Shown: positions 27,707-36,382, counted from the first letter of the stretch. The stretch: DNA of 40,623 bases from Rhodospirillales bacterium (GCA_043788425.1 JAYVTX010000149.1:1-40623); one strand, 5' to 3'. Notes: generated by a model from the sequence alone, not told the origin. Numbers and translations: made by a program.

Positions 27707-28344
27707 GGACGCAGTGACCCGGGACGGCCGTAGGTATTCAGAAACATGGCTACTGCCGCGTCGACGACCCGCTCGACGGTGCCCGGCTCAATCGACGCCC
27801 CCATCCGTAGGCGGCAGCGCATGGCCACGCGGGTTTGGCACAGGGCAAAGAATTGCTCGGCTGCGAACTCTGCGTCCGGCACCGCCAACCGCCCGGCATC
27901 GTCCTGGTCCCGCAGCCATTGGGCCATGGTGGCGATGCCCTGGCGCGGACCCGCGTCATAATAGGCCTGGGCGAGTTCGGGAAACGCCCCCGCCTCAGAC
28001 GCAACGACCCGGTCTATGGCCAGGCAGACCGGCGATAACAAAAAGTTAATCATACGCAACCCGATGTTTCGCAACGCTGCTTCTGCGTCGGTATGGTGCG
28101 TAAGGTTATGGAATATCGGTGCCAGAGACCGTTGGCACTCACGCTGGACATACGCCCCAAACAGCGCCGCTTTGCTAGAAAAGTGGTGGTAAACCGTCGC
28201 CTTTGAAACACCGGCCTCCCGGGTAATGGACGACATGCTTGCGCCCTCATACCCGTAGCGGGCGAATGCTGCGCCGGCGCTATCCAGGATGACCGTGCGC
28301 TTGTCACGCGTCGCGGCGGAATCGATCATCTCCATGGCACACAC
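27703..28344 (-). CDS. TetR/AcrR family transcriptional regulator
   Basis: 213 aa. HTH MSSITREAGVSKATVYHHFSSKAALF. Start options are GTG 28344, ATG 28335 and ATG 28329. Divergent from the efflux operon. Confidence 0.88.
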   Translation of the reverse strand: MCAMEMIDSAATRDKRTVILDSAGAAFARYGYEGASMSSITREAGVSKATVYHHFSSKAALFGAYVQRECQRSLAPIFHNLTHHTDAEAALRNIGLRMINFLLSPVCLAIDRVVASEAGAFPELAQAYYDAGPRQGIATMAQWLRDQDDAGRLAVPDAEFAAEQFFALCQTRVAMRCRLRMGASIEPGTVERVVDAAVAMFLNTYGRPGSLRP

Positions 28345-28371
28345 AATGGCAGGACAGGGGGGACTTGCAAG

Positions 28372-28391
28372 ACTGAACCGTACAGTTCAGT
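28372..28391. promoter_or_regulatory. 20-bp near-perfect palindrome, candidate TetR operator
   Basis: ACTGAACCGT|ACAGTTCAGT, with 9 of 10 positions per half-site self-complementary. It lies in the divergent tetR / efflux intergenic region. Confidence 0.45.
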
Positions 28392-28437
28392 TATGCGAGG
28401 GACCTGGCTACGCTGGTTCAACGTCTATCAGACTGGG

Positions 28438-29673
28438 ATGGTAAACATGGATGGTGATCGTAGCCGCCCGAATCCGCGGAATGATCAGCAACCACTCGGC
28501 TACGCATCCAAGTTGGATGGTGCTCCGCTTGGCACCCCCCCGGTCGACTGGGCCCACCCACCCGCAAGCATTCCGCGCCAGGACTGGCAACCTGCCGAGC
28601 AGAAAACGGCAGTGGCTGGAGAGCCTGGCGAAAATAAAGAGTCAAAGCCGATGTCGCGCGGCAAGAAAATCCTTTACTGGGCGACCGGACTACTAGTCCT
28701 GTCCATCCTAATTGTCGCTGCCGTGCTGTATTGGGTATCGTCACGCCAGTATGAGAATACAGATGATGCCTTCATCGACGGTAATATCTCACAGATTGCA
28801 AGTCAGCTTTCGGCCCGGGTGACGCAGATTGCGGTTGCAGATAACCAAACGGTGAAGGCTGGACAACTGCTGGTGCAGCTCGATCCCCGCGATTACCAGG
28901 TCAAGCTCGAACAGGCGCGCGCGCAACGGGTTCAGGCTGCAGCACAACTCGATCAGGCCCGTGCCCAATTGATGCTGCAGCAGGCGAGTTTTGAGCAGTC
29001 CGTTGCCAATGCCCGCGTGTCGGAAGCGGATTTAGGCCAGGCGCAATCGGACTTGGCCCGCTACCGTGCCGTGGATCCGAAGGCGATTAGCAGACAGCAG
29101 TTGGACACGGCCGGCGCAACAACACGGGGGGCGACCGCCCGCCTGGACGCCAGCCGGCAGGCAGTGCAGGCGGCCCGCGCGCAGATCAAAGCGCAGGAGG
29201 CAGCCATTGCAGCAACGGCCGCGACCGTATCCCAGGCCGATGTCGGCGTCGCCAACGCGGAACTGCAACTGTCATACACCAGCATAACCGCACCCGCCGA
29301 TGGCCGCGTGACCCGGCGTAGCGTTCAATTGGGAAATTACGTAAACCCGGGACAATCGCTGCTGGCCGTCGTGCAAAACCAGCTATGGGTCACAGCCAAT
29401 TTCAAGGAAACGCAGCTGGCCCTGCTACGCCCCGGGCAGCCGGTGCGGGTGCGGGTCGACGCCTGTGCAGACGACCTAAGTGGTACGGTCGACAGCGTTC
29501 AGGCCGGGTCGGGCCAGGTATTCAGCAGCCTGCCGACCGAAAACGCGACAGGGAATTACGTGAAAGTCGTGCAGCGCGTTCCGGTCAAAATCTTACTGAA
29601 GGATGATGATACCGCGCGGAATTGCCGGCTGTTTCCGGGTCTATCAGTTTCACCACGCGTCACGGTGCGATAA
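28438..29673 (+). CDS. emrA: HlyD/EmrA-family periplasmic adaptor (membrane fusion protein) of an MFS efflux pump
   Basis: Single TM (ILYWATGLLVLSILIVAAVLYWV), ENTDDAFIDGN motif, long coiled-coil (Q/A-rich), and TSITAPADGRVTRRSVQLGNYVNPGQ lipoyl/beta-barrel motifs. The start is ambiguous: 28393 (abuts the palindrome, no RBS), 28438, 28447 or 28651 (MSRGKK). Confidence 0.88.
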   Translation: MVNMDGDRSRPNPRNDQQPLGYASKLDGAPLGTPPVDWAHPPASIPRQDWQPAEQKTAVAGEPGENKESKPMSRGKKILYWATGLLVLSILIVAAVLYWVSSRQYENTDDAFIDGNISQIASQLSARVTQIAVADNQTVKAGQLLVQLDPRDYQVKLEQARAQRVQAAAQLDQARAQLMLQQASFEQSVANARVSEADLGQAQSDLARYRAVDPKAISRQQLDTAGATTRGATARLDASRQAVQAARAQIKAQEAAIAATAATVSQADVGVANAELQLSYTSITAPADGRVTRRSVQLGNYVNPGQSLLAVVQNQLWVTANFKETQLALLRPGQPVRVRVDACADDLSGTVDSVQAGSGQVFSSLPTENATGNYVKVVQRVPVKILLKDDDTARNCRLFPGLSVSPRVTVR

Positions 29674-29675
29674 CC

Positions 29676-31208
29676 GTGTCGGCCAACCCGGACCTGCCGC
29701 GGTCTGCGGCTGGGCCGAACTCGCCCTGGTTGCTGGCAGTCATTGTGTCGATCGCAACGTTTATGGAGGTGCTGGACACCACCATCGCCAATGTGGCGCT
29801 GCGTCACATCGCCGGCTCGCTCGCGGCCAGTCAGGATGAGAGTACGTACATCATCACCAGCTATTTGGTGAGCAACGCGATTATCCTGCCGATCAGCGGC
29901 TGGCTGTCGAACGTTGTTGGTCGCAAGCGTTTTTACATGATTTGCGTGGGGCTGTTTACCGCAAGCTCGGTCGCGTGTGCGTTCGCGACCAGCCTGCCGA
30001 TGATGCTGCTGTTTCGCGTATTGCAGGGGGTCGGCGGCGGCGGTCTGGCACCCACGGAACAAAGCATCTTTGCCGATAGTTTCACGCCAAAACAGCGGGC
30101 GCTGGCGTTCAGCCTGTATGGTTTTACGATCGTTACCGCACCCGCGATCGGCCCCGTGCTGGGCGGGTGGCTGACCGATAGTTTCTCCTGGCACTGGGTA
30201 TTCCTGATCAACCTGCCAGTCGGGCTGGCGTCGCTCGCGTTGACCTGGCTGTTTGTCTACGACAGTCCGCTCGTGAAGCAGGAGCGGCAGGCGCTGCTCG
30301 CGAAGGGGCTGAAAATCGACTATGTCGGCTTTCTGTTGATCGTGCTCGGCTTCGGCGCATTGCAGATTGTCCTAGACCGGTTCGAACGGGAAGACGGCTT
30401 CTCGTCGCCGCTTATCATGATCCTGACTGTCACCTGCGTCGTGTCGCTGGCCGTGCTGGTCGTGTGGGAACTGGTGGTCGACAACCCGGTCATGAACCTG
30501 CGGCTGCTACGGGCGCGGGCGTTCAGCATCAGCTGCGTGATCATGTTCATGTTCGGCTTTATCATCGTCAGCACGACGCAGTTGCTGCCGCAATTGACGC
30601 AGGAGTTGCTGCATTACGATGCAACAACGGCTGGGATGACCCTGGCCGTTGGCGGGTTCTTGACCCTGTTCATCATGCCAGCGGCCGGAATAATAACGGG
30701 CAAGCTGATCCAGCCGCGGTGGCTGGTATTCGCCGCACTGTGTGGCACGGCTGGTGCGCTGCACTATGCGGCGAGCCTCAACCTCAACATCTCGTTCTAT
30801 AACGCGTCGCTGTCGCGGGTGATCCAGGTGATCTGGCTGCCGTTCATCTTCATCCCACTCAGCGCGGTGCAGTTCACGGGTGTGCCGCCGGGTAAGAACC
30901 CGGATGCGAGTGCGATCATCAACCTGATGCGAAATCTTGGTGGCAGTTGGGGTGTGTCGGTAGCAACGACGGAGCTTGCGTGGCGCAGCCAATTCCACAC
31001 CGCGCGGCTTTCAGAGCATGTCACGCCCTATAACGGCTATGGCTGGGGCGTGCCGCTCGGACAGATCGCGCAGGCGGTGCGGGAGCAGGCGACGATGCTC
31101 AGCTACCTGGATGTATTCACGATCCTGTCTTTTACGGCGCTGGCGGTGGCGCCATTGGCTCTGTTCCTGCCGAACGTACAAAAGGGAGCAGCGGCTGGTG
31201 GGCATTAA
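29676..31208 (+). CDS. emrB: DHA2-family (EmrB/QacA, 14-TMS) MFS drug efflux transporter
   Basis: The track ORF starts at 29622, overlapping emrA. An in-frame GTG at 29676 follows the emrA TAA by 2 nt. Motifs FMEVLDTTIANVALRHIAG and GWLSNVVGRKRFYM; about 14 hydrophobic segments. Confidence 0.9.
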   Translation: MSANPDLPRSAAGPNSPWLLAVIVSIATFMEVLDTTIANVALRHIAGSLAASQDESTYIITSYLVSNAIILPISGWLSNVVGRKRFYMICVGLFTASSVACAFATSLPMMLLFRVLQGVGGGGLAPTEQSIFADSFTPKQRALAFSLYGFTIVTAPAIGPVLGGWLTDSFSWHWVFLINLPVGLASLALTWLFVYDSPLVKQERQALLAKGLKIDYVGFLLIVLGFGALQIVLDRFEREDGFSSPLIMILTVTCVVSLAVLVVWELVVDNPVMNLRLLRARAFSISCVIMFMFGFIIVSTTQLLPQLTQELLHYDATTAGMTLAVGGFLTLFIMPAAGIITGKLIQPRWLVFAALCGTAGALHYAASLNLNISFYNASLSRVIQVIWLPFIFIPLSAVQFTGVPPGKNPDASAIINLMRNLGGSWGVSVATTELAWRSQFHTARLSEHVTPYNGYGWGVPLGQIAQAVREQATMLSYLDVFTILSFTALAVAPLALFLPNVQKGAAAGGH

Positions 31209-32724
31209 TGTGTGGCGCGCCGTGCTGGTTACAGTCGCGGTTACCGGTTGCACCGTTGGGCCGGACAATGAACGCGCCCCCATGTGGTCACCCAGCAGCT
31301 GGTTCGGGTCCAAACGCCCGGCGCCCAAGGTTGCGAGCGAGCCTGTGCCAGCGCCCGTCGACACGGCGTGGTGGAACGCGTTTCACGACCCGGTGCTGAC
31401 CGGCCTGATCGAGCGTGCGGCAGCCGCCAACCTCGATGTTCGCAGCGCGACTGCCCGGGTCGCGCAGGCCCGGGCCCAGCGTGGTGTGGGTGCCGCGGCC
31501 GAGTTCCCGCAGCTGAACGGCAACAGCAGCGCCACCCGCCAGCGCCTGAGCCGGAACGGTGCCACCAGCATTTTTAGCGGCGGGGGCGGCGGTGCGGGCG
31601 GGGGTGGGGAGCCGGGCACGGCGGCGAACGGATTGGGCGGTGCGCAAGGGGGTGCGTTCCCCACCAGCCGCAGCATTCCCCCGTTCGACCTGTTCCAGGG
31701 CGGGCTGGATGCATCCTACGAACTTGACCTTTGGGGCCGGGTGCGCCGGTCGATCGAAAGTGCGGACGCATCGCTGGTGGCCTCGAACGAGGCGCGGCGG
31801 TCTGCCCTGATCTCCACCACCGCAGAAATCGCGCGCAGTTATCTGCAGCTTCGCAACACCCAGGCGCAACTCGCGATCGGCCGTGCCAATTTGGCGACCG
31901 CGAAAGAAAGTGCGTATTTAACCGATGCGCGTAGCCGGGGCGGGCTGGCCACCGACCTCGACGTCGCCAGCGCGCTTGCGCAGCAAGAGGCGACGGCCGC
32001 GACCCTGCCGGCGCTTGAACAGCAGGAAGCGCAGGGTATCAACGCGATCGGCCTGCTACTGGCGATGCCGCCTGCCGCGCTGTCGTCGGAGCTATCACCC
32101 CCGCGACCCGTACCACCCGTACCGCCCACCGTGCCCGTGGGCCTACCCTCCGAACTAGCGCGACGGCGCCCGGATATCCGGCAGGCAGAGGCGCAGTTGC
32201 ATGCGGCGACGGCCGATATCGGCGTGGCGGAGGCCGAGTTTTACCCGCGAATCACACTATCGGGCAGAGTATCTTTGCAGTCGACGCAATTGAAATCGTT
32301 GTTCAGCGTGGCGTCCGCCGCCTATGCGTTTGGCCCCAGCCTGAGCATCCCCATTTTCGAGGGCGGGCGGATCCGCCGCATGGTCGAACTGCGAGAGGCG
32401 CAGCAGCAGGAGGCTGCCATCCAGTATCAGCGGGTAGTGCTGCAGGCCTTCACGGATGTCGATAACGCGCTGATTGCCTACAACGCCGAACAGCGCCGCC
32501 AGGGATTTCTACGGGCGCAGGTGGCGCAGGCCCGGCGCGCACTAGGCCTGGCGCAGTCGCGGTACCGGCAGGGCGTGTCCGACTTTTTGGAAGTACTCAC
32601 AGCCCAACGAACGGTGCTGGCGGCCGAGCAGCAGCAGGCGGACAGTCAGGCGATCGTCAGTGAAAACCTTGTCGCGCTGTACAAGGCGCTGGGCGGCGGA
32701 TGGGAGCAGGCTTATCCGGAGTAG
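31198..32724 (+). CDS. efflux outer-membrane lipoprotein, NodT/OprM family
   Basis: The track ORF (30976..) is over-extended. GTG at 31198 is preceded by GGGAG with a 9-nt spacer and gives the signal/lipobox VGINVWRAVLVTVAVTGC. Conserved WWNAFHDPVLTGLIERA, FYPRITLSG and LVALYKALGGGW motifs. Confidence 0.88.
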   Translation: MGINVWRAVLVTVAVTGCTVGPDNERAPMWSPSSWFGSKRPAPKVASEPVPAPVDTAWWNAFHDPVLTGLIERAAAANLDVRSATARVAQARAQRGVGAAAEFPQLNGNSSATRQRLSRNGATSIFSGGGGGAGGGGEPGTAANGLGGAQGGAFPTSRSIPPFDLFQGGLDASYELDLWGRVRRSIESADASLVASNEARRSALISTTAEIARSYLQLRNTQAQLAIGRANLATAKESAYLTDARSRGGLATDLDVASALAQQEATAATLPALEQQEAQGINAIGLLLAMPPAALSSELSPPRPVPPVPPTVPVGLPSELARRRPDIRQAEAQLHAATADIGVAEAEFYPRITLSGRVSLQSTQLKSLFSVASAAYAFGPSLSIPIFEGGRIRRMVELREAQQQEAAIQYQRVVLQAFTDVDNALIAYNAEQRRQGFLRAQVAQARRALGLAQSRYRQGVSDFLEVLTAQRTVLAAEQQQADSQAIVSENLVALYKALGGGWEQAYPE

Positions 32725-32725
32725 G

Positions 32726-33307
32726 TCAGCTGAACACGAGCGACAGTGCAACACGCACGTCCGGCAGCTCTGACAGCGCGACGGTATCGGTGGGTCCGTA
32801 TGTCTTACTGGTGCGGTAGCCCCCACCCTCAGGTGCGCTGTACATCTCCGACACGCGCCTGGTTATATCGGCGATCCAAAACTTGGCAATGCCAGCGCGG
32901 GCATACAGCGGTACCTTCACCGTGCGGTCGTAGCGGACAGAACTTTTTGCGACCTCGATTAATAGCAAGATGTCTGCTGGCCCGGGCTTGGCGTCGCGGT
33001 ATCGATCCTCGGGGAAGCGTAGCACGGCGAAGTCCGGCTCGGCTTCGTTATACTCATCCAGCACGACTGGGTTCTGAACGGAAATGATGGCCCGCCCCAC
33101 CGTCGCTGTCACAAGCATCTCGGTCAGGCCGTTTACCGAGCCGATATGGTCCGATCCGATTGGCACCATGTCGATCACCTCCCCGTCGATCAGCTCGACC
33201 CGCTCATGTTCCCCGATGATCCCCGCGTCGCCCATGCGGTAATAGTCGTGGATCGTCAGCTTACGGCGGCGCAGCACAGTGTCCGTTGCATGATCTGTTT
33301 GCCGCAT
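32726..33307 (-). CDS. Uma2 family (DUF820) putative restriction-endonuclease-fold protein
   Basis: 193 aa. Characteristic N-terminus HDYYRMGDAGIIGEHERVELIDGEVIDMVPIGSDH and the PD-(D/E)xK-like region EPDFAVL...LLIEVAKSS. Confidence 0.8.
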   Translation of the reverse strand: MRQTDHATDTVLRRRKLTIHDYYRMGDAGIIGEHERVELIDGEVIDMVPIGSDHIGSVNGLTEMLVTATVGRAIISVQNPVVLDEYNEAEPDFAVLRFPEDRYRDAKPGPADILLLIEVAKSSVRYDRTVKVPLYARAGIAKFWIADITRRVSEMYSAPEGGGYRTSKTYGPTDTVALSELPDVRVALSLVFS

Positions 33308-33412
33308 GGCGTGACCCTCCGGAACGGGCGAGCTTACTATGTTGCATAACGTGCCATCTTTTAAAATCTGCCCACACCCGATACGGTTTGTGCGGTTGCA
33401 GGAGGCGGTCTG

Positions 33413-34495
33413 ATGGGTTGGTTCGGTCGGATTGGGGCGATTGGCCTATTGCTGGTGGCAGGGGCCGCGCACGCACAGAAGGTGGTCAACGTCTATAACT
33501 GGACGGACTACATCGATCCCAAGGTGATCGAGCGCTTCACTGCTGAAACCGGCATCGCCGTCCGGTACGACGTCTATGACAGCCTCGAAACGCTTGAGGG
33601 CAAGCTGCTGGCCGGCAAGTCCGGATACGACGTGGTGGTGCCGACGAACGAGCCGACGTTTAGCCGGCTGATCGCGGCCAAGGCGCTACGTCCGCTTGAC
33701 CGGGCAGCGATCCCGCATTGGTCGAACCTCGATCCGGTGTTGATGCAGCGCGTGGCCGCCAGCGACCCGGGCAACAAGTATGGCGCTATTTATTTGTGGG
33801 GCACGGTCGGGCTCGGGCTGTTGCCGGACAAGATACGCGCGCTGAATGCGTCCGCACCGATGGAAAGCTGGGATTTGCTGTTCAAGCCGGAGCAGGCGAA
33901 GAAGCTGGCCCCGTGCGGCATCACACTCATGGATAGTGCGATCGACACTATTCCAAGCGTGCTGCGCTATCTGGGCCGCAATCCGGAAAGCAGCGACGCG
34001 AAGGATTTGGCGGACGTGGAAAAGGTGCTTATGAGCATCCGGCCGTATATCCGTAACTTCTCCAGCGGCGGCGCGGTGGAGGCGCTGGCTGCCGGCCAGA
34101 CCTGCGTTGTGATGAGCTATTCCGGCGACGTGATCCAGGCCAGTGTCCGCGCCAAGGAAGCGAGCCAGGCGGAGGTGCGGTATGTGGCGCCGAAGGAGTT
34201 CGCGCAGCTAACGTTCGACATGCTTGCCATTCCTGCCGACGCGCCCCACCCGGCGGAGGCGCAGCAATTCATCAATTTCCTGCTGCAACCGGACGTCATG
34301 GCGGCCATCACGAACCAGGTCCGATACCCGAATGCCGTACCTGCTAGCCGCGCCTTGATTGCTGCCGACATTCAGGCCGACCCGAATGTGTTTCCGGACG
34401 CGACGGAAAAGCGGTTCTTCACCGCCCGTGCGGCGTCACAGACCGCCGACCGGGCACGGACCCGGATGTGGGCGCGGTTTAAGGCCGGATCCTGA
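33413..34495 (+). CDS. potF: putrescine/polyamine ABC transporter substrate-binding protein (PotF-like)
   Basis: AGGAGG RBS and signal peptide ending AHAQK. Collinear by eye with E. coli PotF (YNW-DYI, YDV-DS-E-LEGKL-AG--G-D-VVP, WDLL-KPE, RTRMWA--K-G). Confidence 0.9.
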   Translation: MGWFGRIGAIGLLLVAGAAHAQKVVNVYNWTDYIDPKVIERFTAETGIAVRYDVYDSLETLEGKLLAGKSGYDVVVPTNEPTFSRLIAAKALRPLDRAAIPHWSNLDPVLMQRVAASDPGNKYGAIYLWGTVGLGLLPDKIRALNASAPMESWDLLFKPEQAKKLAPCGITLMDSAIDTIPSVLRYLGRNPESSDAKDLADVEKVLMSIRPYIRNFSSGGAVEALAAGQTCVVMSYSGDVIQASVRAKEASQAEVRYVAPKEFAQLTFDMLAIPADAPHPAEAQQFINFLLQPDVMAAITNQVRYPNAVPASRALIAADIQADPNVFPDATEKRFFTARAASQTADRARTRMWARFKAGS

Positions 34496-34517
34496 TACAC
34501 CCGACGACGACCGGAGT

Positions 34518-35561
34518 TTGACATACGAAGTCGACGTCCAGGGCCTGGTTGTGCGCTATGGCCGGGCAGTGGCGCTCGATGCGTTAGACCTGCAGATCGG
34601 CCGGGGTGAGATGTTTGTGCTGCTGGGCGGGTCCGGCAGCGGCAAGACGACGCTGCTGCGGGCGCTGGGCGGATTTGCGACGGCCAGTGCCGGGCGGATC
34701 ATGCTGGGCGGGCAGGACATCACCCACCTGCCCCCCCATCGGCGCCCGGTGAATACGACGTTCCAATCCTATGCGCTGTTTCCGCATATGAGTGTGGCCG
34801 ATAACGTGGGCTTCGGCCTACGCCGGCAGGGTGTCGCGGCGGACGAAATCACGCGCCGGGTTGGCGCGTTGCTGGAACTGGTGCGGCTGCCCGATATGGC
34901 CAACCGCCGCCCGGACGCCCTTTCGGGTGGTCAACGCCAGCGTGTCGCCCTGGCCCGGGCCCTGGCACCCCGCCCTCGGCTGCTGCTGCTCGACGAACCG
35001 CTCAGCGCGCTGGATCGTAACCTGCGTGAGCAGACCCGGCAGGAACTGCTGCGCGTACAGGCCGAAACGGGCACCACGTTCGTGTTGGTCACGCACGATC
35101 AGGATGAGGCGCTGGCCATCGCCACCCGCATCGGCCTGCTGCATGAGGGGCGGCTGGTTCAGGTTGGCACGCCGGCTGAGATCTACGAACAGCCCGCGAC
35201 GCGATATGTCGCCGCATTCATGGGTGCCGCCAACATCCTGCCGGCAATGTCGGGGCCGGCCGGGCTGTCGATCGATGGGATTGGCCCTGTGCAGGCCCCC
35301 CCTGCCCCGTTCGGGCCGCTGCATGTAGCACTAAGGCCAGAACGCCTGTCGATCGGGCGGGCACACGCCAACGCCGTTGCGGGTGTTGTGGTCCGCAGCG
35401 CGTACCGGGGCGCGGCGATCGAGCATCTAGTACAAGTCCCGGGCGGGCCGGCGCTACTGGTGTCGACGCCACTGGTGGCCGGGTTGGGCGCGCCGTTGCC
35501 ACTGGGTTCGGCTGTCCAGGTGTCGTGGCCGGCCGAGGCGTGCATCCTGCTGCCGTCATGA
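34518..35561 (+). CDS. potG: polyamine ABC transporter ATP-binding protein (PotA/PotG-like)
   Basis: Walker A GGSGSGKTT, signature LSGGQRQR, Walker B LLLDEPLSALD, and a C-terminal TOBE-like domain. There is no in-frame ATG between the potF stop and the conserved N-terminus. The best start is TTG at 34518 (..TYEVDVQGLVVRYG). The track ATG at 34359 would overlap potF by 137 nt. Confidence 0.85.
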   Translation: MTYEVDVQGLVVRYGRAVALDALDLQIGRGEMFVLLGGSGSGKTTLLRALGGFATASAGRIMLGGQDITHLPPHRRPVNTTFQSYALFPHMSVADNVGFGLRRQGVAADEITRRVGALLELVRLPDMANRRPDALSGGQRQRVALARALAPRPRLLLLDEPLSALDRNLREQTRQELLRVQAETGTTFVLVTHDQDEALAIATRIGLLHEGRLVQVGTPAEIYEQPATRYVAAFMGAANILPAMSGPAGLSIDGIGPVQAPPAPFGPLHVALRPERLSIGRAHANAVAGVVVRSAYRGAAIEHLVQVPGGPALLVSTPLVAGLGAPLPLGSAVQVSWPAEACILLPS

Positions 35562-36382
35562 ACCGGGCGTTGGTGCTGGCGCCGGTCTGGGCGTGGTTGC
35601 TGCTGTTTGTCGCGGCACCAATGGCGATCGTGATGGCGTTGGGGTTCAGTACCTCAATCGCTGGGGTACCGCCCTACACGCCGCTGCTGCACGATCCGGA
35701 CGGGGCGAACTACGCCGTGCTGATCGAGGATTTTTATTACGGCAGCGCCGCCCTGCAATCATTTGCGCTGGCGTCGGTCGCGTCGGCGTTATGCCTGCTG
35801 ATCGGCTATCCCATGGCGCTAGCAATCGCGCGCGCGCCAGAGCGGTGGCGGAGCGTGCTGCTGTTGCTGGTCATGCTGCCGTTCTGGACCGGTTTCCTAC
35901 TGCGCATCACCGCCTGGATCGGCCTGTTGCGTGATGACGGTTGGTTGGACGCGGCGCTGGGGCTGGTAGGGCTGGGCGCCCCGCATCTACTGTACACCCG
36001 CTGGGCAATGGCGATCGGCGTGACCTACGCCTACCTGCCCTTCATGATCCTGCCGTTATACGCCCGCCTGTCCAAACGTGACCCGGCCATCGAGGACGCA
36101 GCCGCCGACCTGGGTGCGAACCCATGGACCGTGTTCCGCACTGTAACCTGGCCGCTATCGTGGCCGGGTGTCGTGGCCGGGCTGGCACTCGTGTTCATTC
36201 CAGCAATGGGCGAGTACGTAATCCCCGAACTGCTGGGCGGCCCGGGTGCACAAACGCTGGGCCGGGCATTGTGGAACGAGTTTTTTACCAATCGCGATTG
36301 GCCCATGGCGGCTGCATTGGCCACCGCGCTACTGGCCGCGTTGCTCGGCCCGATCCTGTGGTTCCGGCGTGGCACGGCATGA
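35558..36382 (+). CDS. potH: polyamine ABC transporter permease (PotB/PotH-like)
   Basis: ATG at 35558 overlaps the potG TGA (ATGA). 6 TM segments and the EAA loop IEDAAADLGANPWTVFRTVTWPLS. Confidence 0.9.
   Translation: MNRALVLAPVWAWLLLFVAAPMAIVMALGFSTSIAGVPPYTPLLHDPDGANYAVLIEDFYYGSAALQSFALASVASALCLLIGYPMALAIARAPERWRSVLLLLVMLPFWTGFLLRITAWIGLLRDDGWLDAALGLVGLGAPHLLYTRWAMAIGVTYAYLPFMILPLYARLSKRDPAIEDAAADLGANPWTVFRTVTWPLSWPGVVAGLALVFIPAMGEYVIPELLGGPGAQTLGRALWNEFFTNRDWPMAAALATALLAALLGPILWFRRGTA

Noticed and set aside
28365-28393. Attempt to define -35/-10 hexamers (TTGCAA at 28365-28370) for the efflux operon around the palindrome.
   Set aside because: No acceptable -10 hexamer occurs at 16-19 nt spacing, so a promoter call would be guesswork. 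Only the palindrome is reported.
30976-31197. Upstream extensions of track ORFs: nodT-like 30976-31197, potG 34359-34517, potH 35525-35557, potI 36124-36378, antitoxin 36900-37268, aminotransferases 37759-37998 and 39258-39362, emrB 29622-29675.
   Set aside because: Each extension overlaps the preceding conserved gene or an intergenic region. Internal starts give canonical N-termini (lipobox, ATGA coupling, alignment between the paralogs).
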